Assembly: GCA_002633005.1 (NCBI GenBank)
Contig: NMRA01000278.1
Coordinates: 401,873 to 465,872, forward strand
DNA: 64,000 nucleotides
Source of the DNA: Phoronis australis
Lineage: Eukaryota; Animalia; Phoronida
Direction: 5' to 3'
The position numbers and the translations under genes are program-made. Positions 63,850 through 64,000 of the stretch are shown in pieces. The notes under the pieces were generated by a model. It had not been told where the DNA came from, made no database searches, and saw only the letters and a program-made list of their open reading frames with translations. Every line of letters starts with the position of its first letter. The first letter of the stretch is position 1.

Positions 63850-64000
63850 CTATATAGAAAACACAATGGTTCTGTTCGGTAGTACTATGTCTATACCTAT
63901 ATAGAAAACACAATGGTTCTGTTGGGTAGTACTATGTCTACAGCTATATAGAAAACACATATTTGGTTCTATTGGGTAGCACTATGTCTATACCTATATA
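63820..64000. repeat. 47-bp tandem copies of the exon 1 acceptor junction (>=4, runs off window)
   Basis: ggttctgttcggtagtactatgtctatacctatatagaaaacacaat. Confidence 0.93.

Noticed and set aside
1-64000. Fragmented prokaryotic gene or alternative genetic code
   Set aside because: Fragmentation is explained by canonical spliceosomal introns with consistent phases under the standard code

Overview
Eukaryotic, AT-rich, intron-rich DNA, most consistent with an invertebrate animal genome assembly, with three single-N gaps at 27782, 39213 and 57280. The whole window is the middle of one very large minus-strand gene. I traced 64 exons by hand (GT-AG, one probable GC donor), about 12.3 kb of CDS or 4,080 aa, with no start or stop in the window. 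Exon phases chain correctly everywhere except across the 27782 gap and one unresolved junction near 61.5-62.8 kb. N to C, the protein has a vitellogenin/LLTP-like helical region, amphipathic helices, a degenerate LECT2/M23-like domain, Cys-rich and beta-rich segments, a PAN/Apple domain, a long array of FN3-like 'DxTPP..G.V.DG' repeats, a Thr-rich linker and several furin-type sites. Domain calls are by motif recall, not a database search. The most striking non-coding signal is repeated tandem amplification of exon-intron junctions: at least eight splice sites are copied as minisatellite units. One is a ~71-copy 43-bp array (172-bp higher-order repeat) of an intact splice acceptor. Introns also hold ordinary minisatellites, a decayed LINE ORF1, a tRNA-derived SINE head and two gap-flanking duplications that look like haplotype artefacts.
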